A DNA stretch of 64,000 bases from Ascidiella aspersa (lineage: Eukaryota), in NCBI GenBank assembly GCA_963924565.1, contig OZ004613.1, positions 13,454,001-13,518,000 of the forward strand, read 5' to 3'. Each line of letters begins with the position of its first letter. The stretch's first letter is position 1. The position numbers were made by a program, and so were the translations under genes. The notes under the pieces are model-generated. The model saw only the letters and a list, made by a program, of their open reading frames with translations. It searched no databases and was not told the origin of the DNA. Below, piece by piece: positions 52,501 to 64,000 of this stretch.

Positions 52501-55500
52501 CTAACTTTAAATTAGCAACTTTTATTGCACATGGTATATGTAATTAATAATCATGCTTCTCTCCAGGCATTAAAATAGCGTTAGCCTTATACAATTAACA
52601 TTCATATTGCACAAAAACAACAGTCTTAATTGTATTTGCTATACGAGTCTATGAAATGTGCAATTGAACTTTATTAAATTAAAATTGCAATTTGGCCATT
52701 TAACGGAGTCAGTTGGAAAACGCAGCCTGGAACTAAAGCTCTACGCACTTTTCCTTTTATTTTTAGGCAAACCTGAAAAATCTTGTGAATTTACCTTGTG
52801 ATATGAAGTACAGAGTTTGAGCTCCTTGCAAATGGCGGAAGGCGTGAGTTTATTGATCAACAGTTGGATAATCTGGTCACCGTAAGTGTCGATCAGTGTG
52901 TCGCACTCCGACTTGAGTGTACTTGGCAACAAATTGCAAACCCCTTTCACCGCTTTAACGATCTCTTCCTGAAAATACCGACACAACATGTATGTTTACT
53001 TATGGGCAACACTTCGGTTGGTTACAACGTTATTCGTTACCATTGACGAATAATTGTGAATGATACAACGGAAAAGCATAGCACCATGCATCACACCCTA
53101 AATGTGATTTTAAGTTTTCGTTTAGGGCCGTAGGGGCGAATTTTAAACACTAGGTGAAATTCAAATATATGTTGTGCTAGCTAATATTAATATCCGATAA
53201 CACCTGATCGCATCAAACAATCAAAGTCTTATGGTAGTATCGGTAGTCAACAGATAGTAGGGTGGTATCGGACAAAAAGTTCTTGCGTATTTCAGCCATG
53301 GTTTGTAATCCCATAAATTTTGTTAATTTGTGACAGTAATGAAGTCATTTGGTATCGGTTCGTATGGCCGTAATTACGTACATCGGTTTCGAATTAAATA
53401 CAAAGAATTTAATAAACAATAAGATTTTGCCCTAATGCCATGCCCGAGAAAGTATTCCGAAATTCGTGGCGAAACACTTACCTCCGTGCTGTCTTTGGTG
53501 ATCAACTGTTCGAGCTCAGTAGCTACAGCCTGGCAAATGGTGCACTCCTCGTCTGACGTCACGTGCTGAAACCAAATGGGATTATCGTTATTTGGAGGCG
53601 GTTAAAGTTTCAATTGTCGGCATACATATTTATTCCAGAACATTGCAAAAACAGTTTATAAGCGTGTTTCGAAACAATGTTGAATGTGTTAGTAATAAAC
53701 ATAATAGGTAAAAAAGCGGAAAGCCGCGACCTATATCATATTTTTTAAGTCATTCTTTACACAAAGCCATTCTTAACTTTTGAGTTCATTTCTTTTTGCA
53801 ATTTTCATCCATTACACATCCAAGGTTGTTTAATATAAACCTTGCCCATTAGAGCAGCGGTTCCCAAACTTTTCTAAAAATTTTGCCTGGATGTCCCTTT
53901 GCATTGATTTTGATATTTCGCGGCCCTATAAAACAAGGGTCAGTTGACCCATGTTTCTTGTACTGGTGCAGTCACGAATCTTTCTAATGTAACAACTTTC
54001 TGAATAATATGAACGATTCGCTGAGACATCATAATAGATGCTTTAGATGTCACAAGAGACATCATAAAATACGCGTTATTATCTAATAATAAAGCATAAC
54101 TAAAGACGAAGAATAATGACAGATAAGGTTTAAAACATTGACTAATGTTTAAAAACTTAAAGACTAATTCTCTTTGCGGACCCTCTGAAACTGCTGCACG
54201 GACCCCAGTTTGGGAACCGCTGCATTAGAGCCTTGTGTAAAACAAATCGTTAATTGTAAGGGAGGTGTGTGTTGTAAAACGAACTCCTGTTACAACCTCC
54301 CGCGAATGGGGCTGAACCCGCAACTTTTGACTTACGGCAACTCCTGAGCAAAGGCCAAGTTTAGAGCAGAGTTTGGGCGGGGGCACAAGGCTGACAAGAA
54401 GTTCCACTATGGTTGATCCGTATTTCTCGATGAAGCTGTCGCATTCGGCTTGGTAGGCTGCAGGCAGAATCTTACAGACACTTTCGACTACCGCTTCGAT
54501 TTCCTTCTGTGAAAAAGTCGGTTGGCTTAACTTAACGTTGACACAATACGCACCGTTCTATATTGCGAGTGGCATATGCAGGAAAAAAGGACGTATGCAG
54601 AAAACGACACACCCATGTAAACTTAAAACAAGTGGTGGTTTTAATCTATTGGCGTTAGGTGAGTGCACAAGAACTTGGGAAAATCACTATGGTCTCCAAG
54701 GGTATATGTTTATCATAAATTCAAGTAAATCAATTCATATAAAACAATGTTGTTACAAAAGCATCAGCGTCAGCAGTGTTGCAATACATAAACAAATAAC
54801 TTAGGTTAGCTCGAATGATAAGGACAATTTAGAGCCATTGAAAATTAACACTATCTAATGTGACTTTTCTAACAACTAGATTTTAACCCAAAGAAAACCT
54901 ATAACTACTCTGAAAAAGGTTCAAAACGCTACCAGTTTTGTTGAGATCGCCGTTTGATACACCTGATTATCCCAAATTAAAGTATAAAATAGTACAATAA
55001 TTTCCCTATTTATTATTTAATTGCAAAAAAATCAGTGTTTTAAAAGCTTCAGCGCCTTGCATAGTAGGCAGAAACGTTTCCGAACCTCGGTTTGCCCAGC
55101 TTCCAAAAAGTGCTCCAGTTCTTGGACGATTATTTCGCACAGTTCGCAGGAATCTCCCAAGCTGGCCTGGAAGCAACACAAACAAAAAGTAAGTTAGAGC
55201 TATATTGATTTTACTTGGATCGCAGCAATTTGTGCTTTGTTCGAATTACTCCTAACTTTAAATTAGCAACTTTTATTGCACATGGTATATGTAATTAATA
55301 ATCGTGCTTCTCTCCAGGCATTAAAATAGCGTTAGCCTTATACAATTAAGATTCATATTGCACAAAAACAAGTCTTAATTGTATTTGCTATACGAGTCTA
55401 CGAAATGTGCAATTGAACTTTATTAAATTAAAATTGCAATTTGGCCATCTAACGGAGTCAGTTGGAAAACGCAGCCTGGAACTAAAGCTCTACGCACTTT

Positions 55501-58500
55501 TCCTTTTATTTTTAGGCAAACCTGAAAAATCTTGTGAATTTACCTTGTGATATGAAGTACAGAGTTTGAGCTCCTTGCAAATGGCGGAAGGCGTGAGTTT
55601 ATTGATCAACAGTTGGATAATCTGGTCACCGTAAGTGTCGATCAGTGTGTCGCACTCCGACTTGAGTGTACTTGGCAACAAATTGCAAACCCCTTTCACC
55701 GCTTTAACGATCTCTTCCTGAAAATACCGACACAACATGTATGTTTACTTATGGGCAACACTTCGGTTGGTTACAACGTTATTCGTTACCATTGACGAAT
55801 AATTGTGAATGATACAACGGAAAAGCATAGCACCATGCATCACACCCTCAAATGTGATTTTAAGTTTTCGTTTAGGGCCGTAGGGGCGAATTTTAAACAC
55901 TAGGTGAAATTCAAATATATGTTGTGCTAGCTAATATTAATATCCGATAACACCTGATCGCAGCAAACAATCAAAGTCTTATGGTAGTATCGGTAGTCAA
56001 CAGATAGTAGGGTGGTATCGGACAAAAAGTACTTGCGTATTTCAGCCATGGTTTGTAATCCCATAAATTTTGTTAATTTGTGACAGTAATGAAGTCATTT
56101 GGTATCGGTTCGTATGGCCGTAATTACGTACATCGGTTTCGAATTAAATACAAAGAATTTAACAAACAATAAGATTTTGCCCTAATGCCATGCCCGAGAA
56201 AGTATTCCGAAATTCGTGGCGAAACACTTACCTCCGTGCTGTCTTTGGTGATCAACTGTTCGAGCTCAGTAGCTACAGCCTGGCAAATGGTGCACTCCTC
56301 GTCTGACGACACGTGCTGAAACCAAATGGAATTATCGTCATTTGAATGCGGTAATAAGTATTATATGTCAGAATACACACTTATTTTAGTATTATTGGTA
56401 AAACGTTTTAAAAACGTTTGGAGAGAATGTTAAAATATGTAAAGCTAAGTGAATAAAACAAAAACTGTTAAATAACTAAATTTCGGGGGTAAACGGACAA
56501 GATCATTTTATTAACTAGGATACATTTTTAATATATTAGGAAATCGTTGCTTATGTTGAACGAGTGAGAAACAAGGTAAGTTTATTAAGTGCTGCGTTGA
56601 CGCTAATTCACCATGCTGTGCATGCTTAACACTTGATGCAACACATCAAAACATACTGTGATTGGAAAGCTAATCAAGCAGTAAACTAATAGGACTTTTT
56701 GAAATTTATATTTTACACAGAGACAAGTCAAAAGGATAGCTGAACAAAGTTTGCGAAACGCTGAACTAAATTAAGTATACGTAATCTCTTTTCCAATCAA
56801 AACAAAAACTCAGTTAATTTTGTTTATAGCAAAACTGAGTCAAATAGTAAATATCGATTACAAATACTTTCAGAATTTTGTCATTAGTTCTGTAGGTAAA
56901 TACCTTGGATATTTAAAAAATTATACAATAAACTCGGTTTGGTCGCTCTACAAAGCAATAAGTAGCATCCAGTCTTCAAATTGATCATTTCAATTTTTAT
57001 TATTAACCTTTCTAATGTTGTTTACTTAATAATTGATTTCAGGTCAATGCCTTAATTATGTAAAAAAAGAAACCAATTTTAAAATGAAAAAACGTTCAAA
57101 ACATAAGGTATTTCAGTCCGTTAAATGCTTCAGAGAGGTAGCGACACTAAAAATGTAAGAAACCAATGATATATACGTACAAGCAGGGTACAGTGTTTGG
57201 AAAGAGGTTTCTCCCCTAACGTCGGTCACATTAAAATAGAGTAAAACAAACCCTAATAGACGACGAACAGAGATTGATTAAAGTGCACAGTTCGCTGGGT
57301 GTAAAGCCGTTTGCGAGGGCCTCGATGATTAGGCGTCCGTACTCGTCCACAAGGTTTTCGCATTCGGTTTTTATGGTTGAGGGTAGCAGGAAGCACACCT
57401 GCTCCAACGCACTCACAATCGCTGCCTGAAAGATGGGAAGAAAATTTGTCAAAATTAGTTTGACGCGACGACTCGGGTAGAATTGATTTTCCAGCGTGCG
57501 TTTGAGATGATTTCAAAAATAAAACTACATGAACTGTTCTTTCTGGCGCTTGTTGGCAAATTCACAGTTTTGTGACCCATAGAATTCGAGGGGAATTTGC
57601 AACAACAAATATTTGTACAAAACACACACGACAATCGTTAATTGCAAGAAACATTTTTTGAATAAAAAGGCGGTACAGACAAAGTTTGCTTAAAAAGTTA
57701 GGTAATGAAAATATGGCCTCAGTTATATGAAGTGTAATGCAGTCAAGTTTTAAAAGGCAATATATAAAATTAATCGATATTGCTTCGGTTACTTGCCCAA
57801 GTTTTTTAAGACTATGGTACACTTCAATGCGCTGGAGTAATTTTATTTTATATTTTTTGCTAAAAGTTAACAAATCAACAAAACCCTGACCCCTAGTGGC
57901 CTCGCACGATTCACCACAAATTCGGCTTGAACCTATATTATTGATTTTGCAATACTTATGTGTTCACAAAGTAAAAGTTGGGATTATATAAGCCTACGCT
58001 GACCAACAGGCTTCAAATGTAAAGGCCAACACCGTTTTAGCAAAGAATTAACAAATCAACGGCGCAGCGAATTTAAATTGCTTACTATGCCTCTTACAGC
58101 TGGCTTCAACAAACCTGCGCTTCGATTAGGGGGAAATGCATTTTGTAAAGTTTTTACGGTGTTACAAAACGACAAAAACGCATGAAAATGGAAAGACAAA
58201 TTGATGCAACTTAAAACACGAAACAAATAAATCCAGTATAACTAATAACCTGGAGTTATTATAGTGAGTTATACAAATACAATATTAACGAACCTCAGTA
58301 TTGTTGTCCTTCAAAATATTCTCCAGTTCCCCAGCTACGGCTTTGCAGATGGTGCACTCCGTGGAATCGCTAACCTGCGCACAAAATACAGATCAAATAT
58401 AGTTTCTTAAAAAAAATTTTTTTTGGCCGTCGGGCATAATTTTTTGCATATTAAAAGATTTAACCTTGCAATGTTTAGTTTTTCGTAAATCTAAGAGGAA

Positions 58501-61500
58501 AACTTATTTCCTTTTTTAAAGAACTATATTTTAGTCCAGTGCTTCCCAAACACTGGGTCGCGACGCATTTATAAATGTTACAGTTGTCTGTTAGATCTGG
58601 AAATATTGCATTATCGTTACGTAACATTGCGTTTGAGCTTGTCTCCAATCAAGTCTCGACTTAATCTTATAATATCCAATATGCAAGCTCAAGTTTCGCA
58701 TTAATTTGTTTTTCATTCGTTTGGTCAAATCTCATTGTGGGTCGCACAACACAACTTGCATTATAAGTGGGTCGCGAACTGAAAAAGGTTGGGAATCACT
58801 GCTAGTCATTTCGCAAGGCAAAATTATTGAATTTTATTTCTCAGGAAACAACATTTCACCACTTTTCAGGCTACCTTAATAAAGGAAGTGCAGAGTTTGA
58901 GCTCCTTGCAAATGGCGGAAGGCGTGAGTTTATTGATCAACAGTTGGATAATCTGGTCACCGTAAGTGTCGATCAGTGTGTCGCACTCCGACTTGAGTGT
59001 ACTTGGCAAAACATTGCAAACCCCTTTCACCGCTTTAACGATCTCTTCCTGAAAGTATCAATCATTATTATTTAGTCATTGACCGACATTGACTGGCGAC
59101 TTTCCACGTTATTTTGGAACAACGTTTCAGGTTACACGCGATAATTGATCGTTCTAAAAAAAAGGGTGGATGCACGGCGAGAATTGAATAACGTTGCGTT
59201 AGAATTTGTGTACCCCAAATGCACCATTGCTAACAAGTCCTTTTAAATTTAAGTCTAAGTTATTGCCATAACAATAGTAATTCGTTTACTTATTAGCACC
59301 ATAAAAAGTAAACTTTTTAATATTAGTAAACTTGTACGACCCTAAGCGGTATATCGATTAGCAAACATCAGAAACGTAACACATAGCGCGCAAACTGATA
59401 TAAAAGCAGAAGTCAGGGTAAAAAACTAAGCTAGCTTTTCGAAAAACATTTACTTGGAACACCTAGATAACTTTGTTTTTTTAATTTATTTCATTACAAC
59501 ACTGTCGAAAAGTTTGAAAATTACGAACGCAATTTTGACCAGATTTAAATATTCGCAATTTTTTTAACCGAAAATATAGGGAGCGTTGGTAAAGTTTTCA
59601 ATAAATCCGATTTTTTTGCTGTTGATAGTCGAGCATTTTTTTTTTAATCAAAAATTAAAATTAAACGCTTTAAACCGAAAGTGAAAGTGTCATTGGCTTT
59701 ATAGAAAACTTTGAGTGTATGTTGGACTCGTTAATCAATCCAATGGAACTGAACGGCATAGTTTATTTTTCTATACAATGCTTAACACCTACCTCCGTGC
59801 TGTCTTTGGTAATCAACTTTTCAAGCTCGGTTGTTATGGCTTGGCAAATAATGCATTCCTCGTCCGACGACACGCTCTAAAACAATATAGGGTTTTTGGA
59901 TTGAAATTCTAAAAGGTCGAGCAATTTAAGCAAAAAAAGTAATTAAAACATAGCTACAAATCACAACATGTGCAATTTTCTCCATTTCATTCGGAAATAT
60001 TCTCATGCTTTTTATCCTAAAATGTCCAATTTTATTGCTGAAGAGTACGAGATATCTTCGAAAGTTCTTTTGACCTCACGGTATATAATGCGTCACTTAT
60101 ATGATAGATAGCTGTTTGCACTCATTAAGTAAACGGTTGATTAGTTGATACCATAGCAGTTTATGCTAAATTTACTGGGGCGTTTTATTTATTAATTACA
60201 TCATGCCTAGCCTGTTGTATTACCGACTTTTGGCTGTCTAACAGTAAAACATGTAAGCCAAACCCACTTAAGGTAAATGGGTTTTAGGCATGATGTCGAG
60301 TCTTTTAGAAAATACAATGATTTCATTTTAGGATCCTAATGTGGTCAAGAGCCCTTATTTGAGAAACTACGGTTAAGAGCAACCGATATAAATAAAGGTA
60401 TACAAGAAAACAGCAGTGGACTCTCACCTTTACCGTCATTTCGGTGCAAAGTCTTAATTGGGTGCAGATAACCTGGGGCTGAAGTTCCTTTTTTACCAGG
60501 TCGATCAGCTTCTGGCCGTACAAGTTGATAACGACCTCGCACCCTCCCTGGGCCTCTTTGGGAAGTTTAGTGCATTCGTTTTCCAGTTCTTTAATGATCT
60601 CTTCCTGCATGTACGCAAAAGACAGGAATGGAAACGTCCCACACTTTGTTTATCGCGATACCTAAACCGGTTATCTTTAACAAAGTCTACTGCCGCCCTT
60701 TCCGATTGAAATTAGTTTCGAAAGTAAAATCAGATTGGCAAAATAGGTTAAATTAAGAAAAGAAAGCCACACCAACTATATAACTGAACCATAAATTGCT
60801 TTCCATGTGTAAGTATAGGAAAAAAATATATTGTTAACCATTTTACTGACGTAAAAATTGCTTTAGGGTTAAAACTGAATTTACCTTCAGTTAAAACTAC
60901 CTAAGAAATTAAGGCCGCATAGGAGAGTGAATTAAATGCTTATAATATCGATGTGACCCATTATATGAAGTATCGGCTGCTATCTAATTCTATCCGAAAC
61001 ATCTCCCAAAATCAACGTCCAACGAAAAGGCAAAATTTACCTATGAAATATTTGCCGAAACGTAGTCTTAATCTTTACTCACAAAAAAACTTTTAATAAA
61101 TAGAAATGGTAGCAAAAATTACATAAAAACTTAGGTAGGGGATTTTTTGTTCTAGCGAGTGAGATATCCTTAAAGTGACCTCACTTTACAGTTTGGCCGA
61201 GTAAAGTCATAATATGTGAAACGACAACAGTGATTTCAATCCTTCCTCAATAGACAAAGCGTTATAAAGGTCAAATCAAGCTACACGTCTGCCTCGATAA
61301 TGAGTTTACTTCCCTTTAGTTGCGCTTACAGGCGCTTACAAGATGATTATAACAAACCAATAACGCTGTATATTACGCCAGAAGACTAGCACGACCTGTC
61401 AACTAGATAATTAACACGAGTGAATCTAAAATGATATAATGGATCAGGTTTGAAACAAATAATAAACAAATTTTAAAAATTCAATATAAAAATGGCGAGC

Positions 61501-63806
61501 ACAAAACGGCTTTCAAGTTGCCGTTGGTTGTTGGAACTTTTATTTAAATTTCTGTGTGAGAAACTATTAATATATTAGCAAATTTAAAAGTTCGAAGGTC
61601 AACAGAATACGGGCATTTCGATGTTTACAGTTAAGTTTAACACATAGGACTACATACATCGGTCATGTTGTTGTTGAGAAGGGTTGACACCATGTAGGTA
61701 AAGAGGTTGCATAATTCACACTCAATGGTGGGGGAATCCTGAAAAAAAAAGACAAGTTTAAATAGTTTTAGTCAAAGAGTCGCAACCCACTTGAAATTTT
61801 TAAACAGTTTCGGTCGAACCTTTATCGCGACGGTGCTTTTGCAAAGTCCGATTGAGCTGCAAAGCTGGTCAGGCTTCAGACCCTCTAGGAGCTTTTGGAT
61901 CAGCAAGGGACCGTACATGTCAATGAGGGTATCGCACTCCGTCTTGTAATCTGAAGGCAGCACCGAGCAGACTTTCTCAATCGCCGCGACAATTGCTTTC
62001 TGCGAGGTGGTGGCAAAACATTTACAGTAAAACTTGGGCACTGTCGCAAAGTTAAACGGTAAGGTTCCCAAATACAATACCCTTCTTAACATTTATTTAG
62101 ATAATACGAACTGTGTTAAAAAATAGCCCTATGCCGGAACGCCATCTTAGCCAACTATCAAATAGTATTAATCAAGATACCTCTTCTGGTAATTATTTTT
62201 GTTCCCTTCGAGGTGAAAAACAAACAGTTACCACAGTCTATTTTGATTAATATTATGCCTAGCTGGTGGGTTCCGACACAAATTTGGTATCCACACAGTT
62301 GAGAACTACATTACGGTTAAGAGTTTTTAGAAAGTCTGCATTACAATAATTATACAACATGCAGCAGAGAGTACACCGAAAGCCATCGCATACTCGCCGA
62401 ATCTGTCGATCAATGATGCAAGTAAGGCAAGCTAGAAACACAACTAGCCTGCAGCGAGGTTCGAACACACGACCTCCGGTCAAGCCGAACCTCGCTCTAC
62501 CAGCTGAGCTATACAAGTATACAGGCTTAAAGAGGAGCGAGTCGACAAACAACCATACGCCAATGCTTGCTACATTCTGTTAGTACAAGCAACTTCCCGT
62601 TGAAGGAGATGTACAGTACCATAAAATCATTCAACGAAAAAAATACACACGTAGGTGTTCATCAACAGTGATCAAAGCCCTTCTCAAGGTGCTTTTAAAA
62701 AAGACAGCTTCGGAAGGGTTCGATCACAGATGTTAAACACATATGTGTGACTTGTGTGTGTATCGTTCATTGAATGCAGCAGAGAGATTTCCACATAACG
62801 TACCTCGGTGCTGTTTTCCTTGAGCAAGTTTTCCAGTTCGGTGGCCACCAACTCACAGAGCTCGCAGGCGGTGTTGTCGCTGACCTAAAAATGTTTTGTC
62901 GTGAATCGACTTCAGTGCGAGACATTATTTTCGTGCGCAATTTAAATGCCAAGGTCAACTTGACCACTCATTTGGACTAGCTACTTCTTAGGTTACGCAA
63001 ATTACGCGATTCGGAAGCTATGGGTTTTCACGGATTTTTTTATAATGCGTGTGTGCAGCATGAGTTAGTGCTGCAAGCGTGCCAAAACATTAGTTTACTT
63101 TTCTTCCTGTTACTCTGGAAGCGCTACTAGACTTTACCTAAGATTTTATATGCATAATGTATTACAACTTGGCTCAACTGTCAGTTAAGATTTGGATGTC
63201 CATCGTTTATATACTATTTAATTTCACAAGGTGATTTTATTCTGTTGAATAAACAGAAGTTTGCCTGGGCAGAACAACATACGCCAGAACTACTTCATTT
63301 AAAATTATTATGAACAACGTTAATAAAACAAAACGTTATACTGTGTTCAAATTGTTTCCCTATAAAAATAGTTTGCTTGATGAACGTGTAGCTTTTACAT
63401 GTTGTGGTGACGACTTGGATACAAAACTGAGTAGTTTGAGATGCATTGTTATTTTAAATCACCAGGCAAATGAGAAGAAAACTACTTAACTCGGACTATC
63501 GTCTTTTCTAAATTACTTGGTAAACTATAGGAAAACCACAGAGATTCGTCAAAACGTTAGCTTAGCAACAAGTGTAGTTTGCTGAAACATTCGTTTAGCA
63601 ACAAATGCGTAGCAAATATAACGAATTTTAACCTTTACAGCACTACTGGTGCACAGCCCGAGTTCCGAGCAGATTTCTTTGGGTGTTATGGTGTCGAGAA
63701 GAATTATGATTTTTTCTCCGTACATCGTGATAAGCTGGTCGCACTCCGACTTGAACGACGAAGGAAGAATCTGACAAACTTTTTCGACTGCGGCTATTAT
63801 CTCTGC
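43509..63806 (-). CDS. PSAP: Prosaposin with expanded saposin-B array (5' part outside window): at least 13 SapB domains plus C-terminal SapA
   Basis: 27 exons, all GT-AG and phase 0: 63806-63633, 62884-62804, 61999-61820, 61738-61658, 60604-60428, 59876-59793, 59048-58875, 58374-58294, 57425-57252, 56315-56232, 55717-55544, 55166-55086, 54506-54336, 53565-53482, 52968-52795, 52415-52335, 51755-51585, 50814-50731, 50215-50042, 49662-49582, 49007-48837, 48221-48132, 47520-47350, 46142-45984, 45526-45446, 44351-44241, 43544-43509. Each complete domain has the six saposin cysteines. The C-terminus KIGVC..GANPCTYGPSYWCSSEKAARECN|AFEHCSRHVWE* matches the prosaposin SapA tail. Confidence 0.95.
45200..45352 (-). 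mobile_element. Second member of the CAGTGTTGTAAAC/AAGTC-repeat family
   Basis: Ends GTTTACAACACTG at 45352, with GACTT/GACTGG repeats upstream. Confidence 0.55.
47103..47303. repeat. ~200-bp imperfect palindrome (foldback element) in prosaposin intron
   Basis: Left arm aagccaaaggtcgagtaaatcgac...gattaagacgttt...tgtgactgagataagt mirrors right arm acttacttctcagtcaca...aaacgtcttaatc...gtcgatctactcgacccttttggctt around a ~9-nt loop. Confidence 0.9.
48356..48723. mobile_element. hAT-type MITE, 368 bp (copy 1)
   Basis: Perfect 16-bp TIR CAGCGGTTCCCAAACT / AGTTTGGGAACCGCTG and perfect 8-bp TSD CATTAGAG. Confidence 0.92.
51104..51471. mobile_element. hAT-type MITE, 368 bp (copy 2, duplicated with the tandem unit)
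   Basis: Same TIRs and same TSD CATTAGAG as copy 1. Confidence 0.92.
53855..54222. mobile_element. hAT-type MITE, 368 bp (copy 3, duplicated with the tandem unit)
   Basis: Same TIRs and same TSD CATTAGAG as copy 1. Confidence 0.92.
58537..58801. mobile_element. hAT/Charlie-like MITE
   Basis: TIRs CAGTGCTTCCCAAAC / GGTTGGGAATCACTG, subterminal GGGTCGC repeats, partial TSD (TAGTC on both sides). Confidence 0.7.
62446..62526 (-). pseudogene. tRNA-derived sequence (tRNA pseudogene or SINE head)
   Basis: Minus strand reads GCCTGTA-tacttgta-TAGCTCAGCTGGTAGAGCG...GTTCGAACC..TGCAGGC. A box, B box and acceptor stem GCCTGTA/TGCAGGC are present, but there is no canonical anticodon arm and there is an 8-nt insertion. 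Confidence 0.7.
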
Positions 63807-64000
63807 CTGCAAAACGAATATTGAACCTTCGATTCAGACCAATCGCCGATGCAACGTGGAAAGCTCCCGCAAGTTAAAAACAAGGGCGAAATCCGGTTTG
63901 GTTGCTTAAATATCGTCTTACACGTGAAAGACTTTGAACTATTCTAAAAGAAAATGTGTGACAGAGAATGCTGTACATTTATCCACCGCAGTCGCTTCAA

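Larger units (their letters stand above)
48265..56345. repeat. Intragenic tandem triplication, ~2750-bp unit (starts 48265, 51013, 53764; third copy ends ~56345), each with 4 prosaposin exons
   Basis: Near-identical exons and introns; offsets between equivalent ORFs are 2748-2753 bp; only scattered SNPs and small indels. Confidence 0.97.

Noticed and set aside
49039-54804. Three repeated 88-aa + strand ORFs (MTQYAPFY...) and 60-aa MDNLVTV ORFs
   Set aside because: Intronic or antisense to saposin exons, non-ATG starts, repeated only because of the tandem triplication.

Overview
Eukaryotic, AT-rich, compact-intron animal genomic DNA. An invertebrate chordate such as an ascidian is plausible from the vertebrate-like proteins, but this is inference. 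I assembled four protein-coding genes by hand from splice sites and reading-frame phase. (1) A complete 11-exon CYP4-clan cytochrome P450 on the minus strand (7532-2345), followed by an intact tandem copy of only its 3' exons (1334-182, continuing out of the window). (2) A divergently transcribed JmjC/cupin-8 dioxygenase with a signal peptide and an EF-hand (+, 11393-14326). (3) A MARCH1/8-type RING-CH ubiquitin ligase (-, 28372-17853) with a probable GC-AG intron and a decayed antisense gene inside its last intron. (4) The 3' part of a greatly expanded prosaposin gene (-, from beyond 64000 to 43509). It encodes at least 13 saposin-B domains, 12 of them built from one repeated phase-0 two-exon saposin-C-type module, including a recent near-identical 2.75-kb triplication and an exon-limited homogenisation tract. 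The window also holds several hAT-type MITEs, a 200-bp foldback palindrome, a tRNA-derived element, minisatellites and a sharply CpG-depleted 2-kb island with no evident CDS. The prosaposin exon-module array is the most striking system here.
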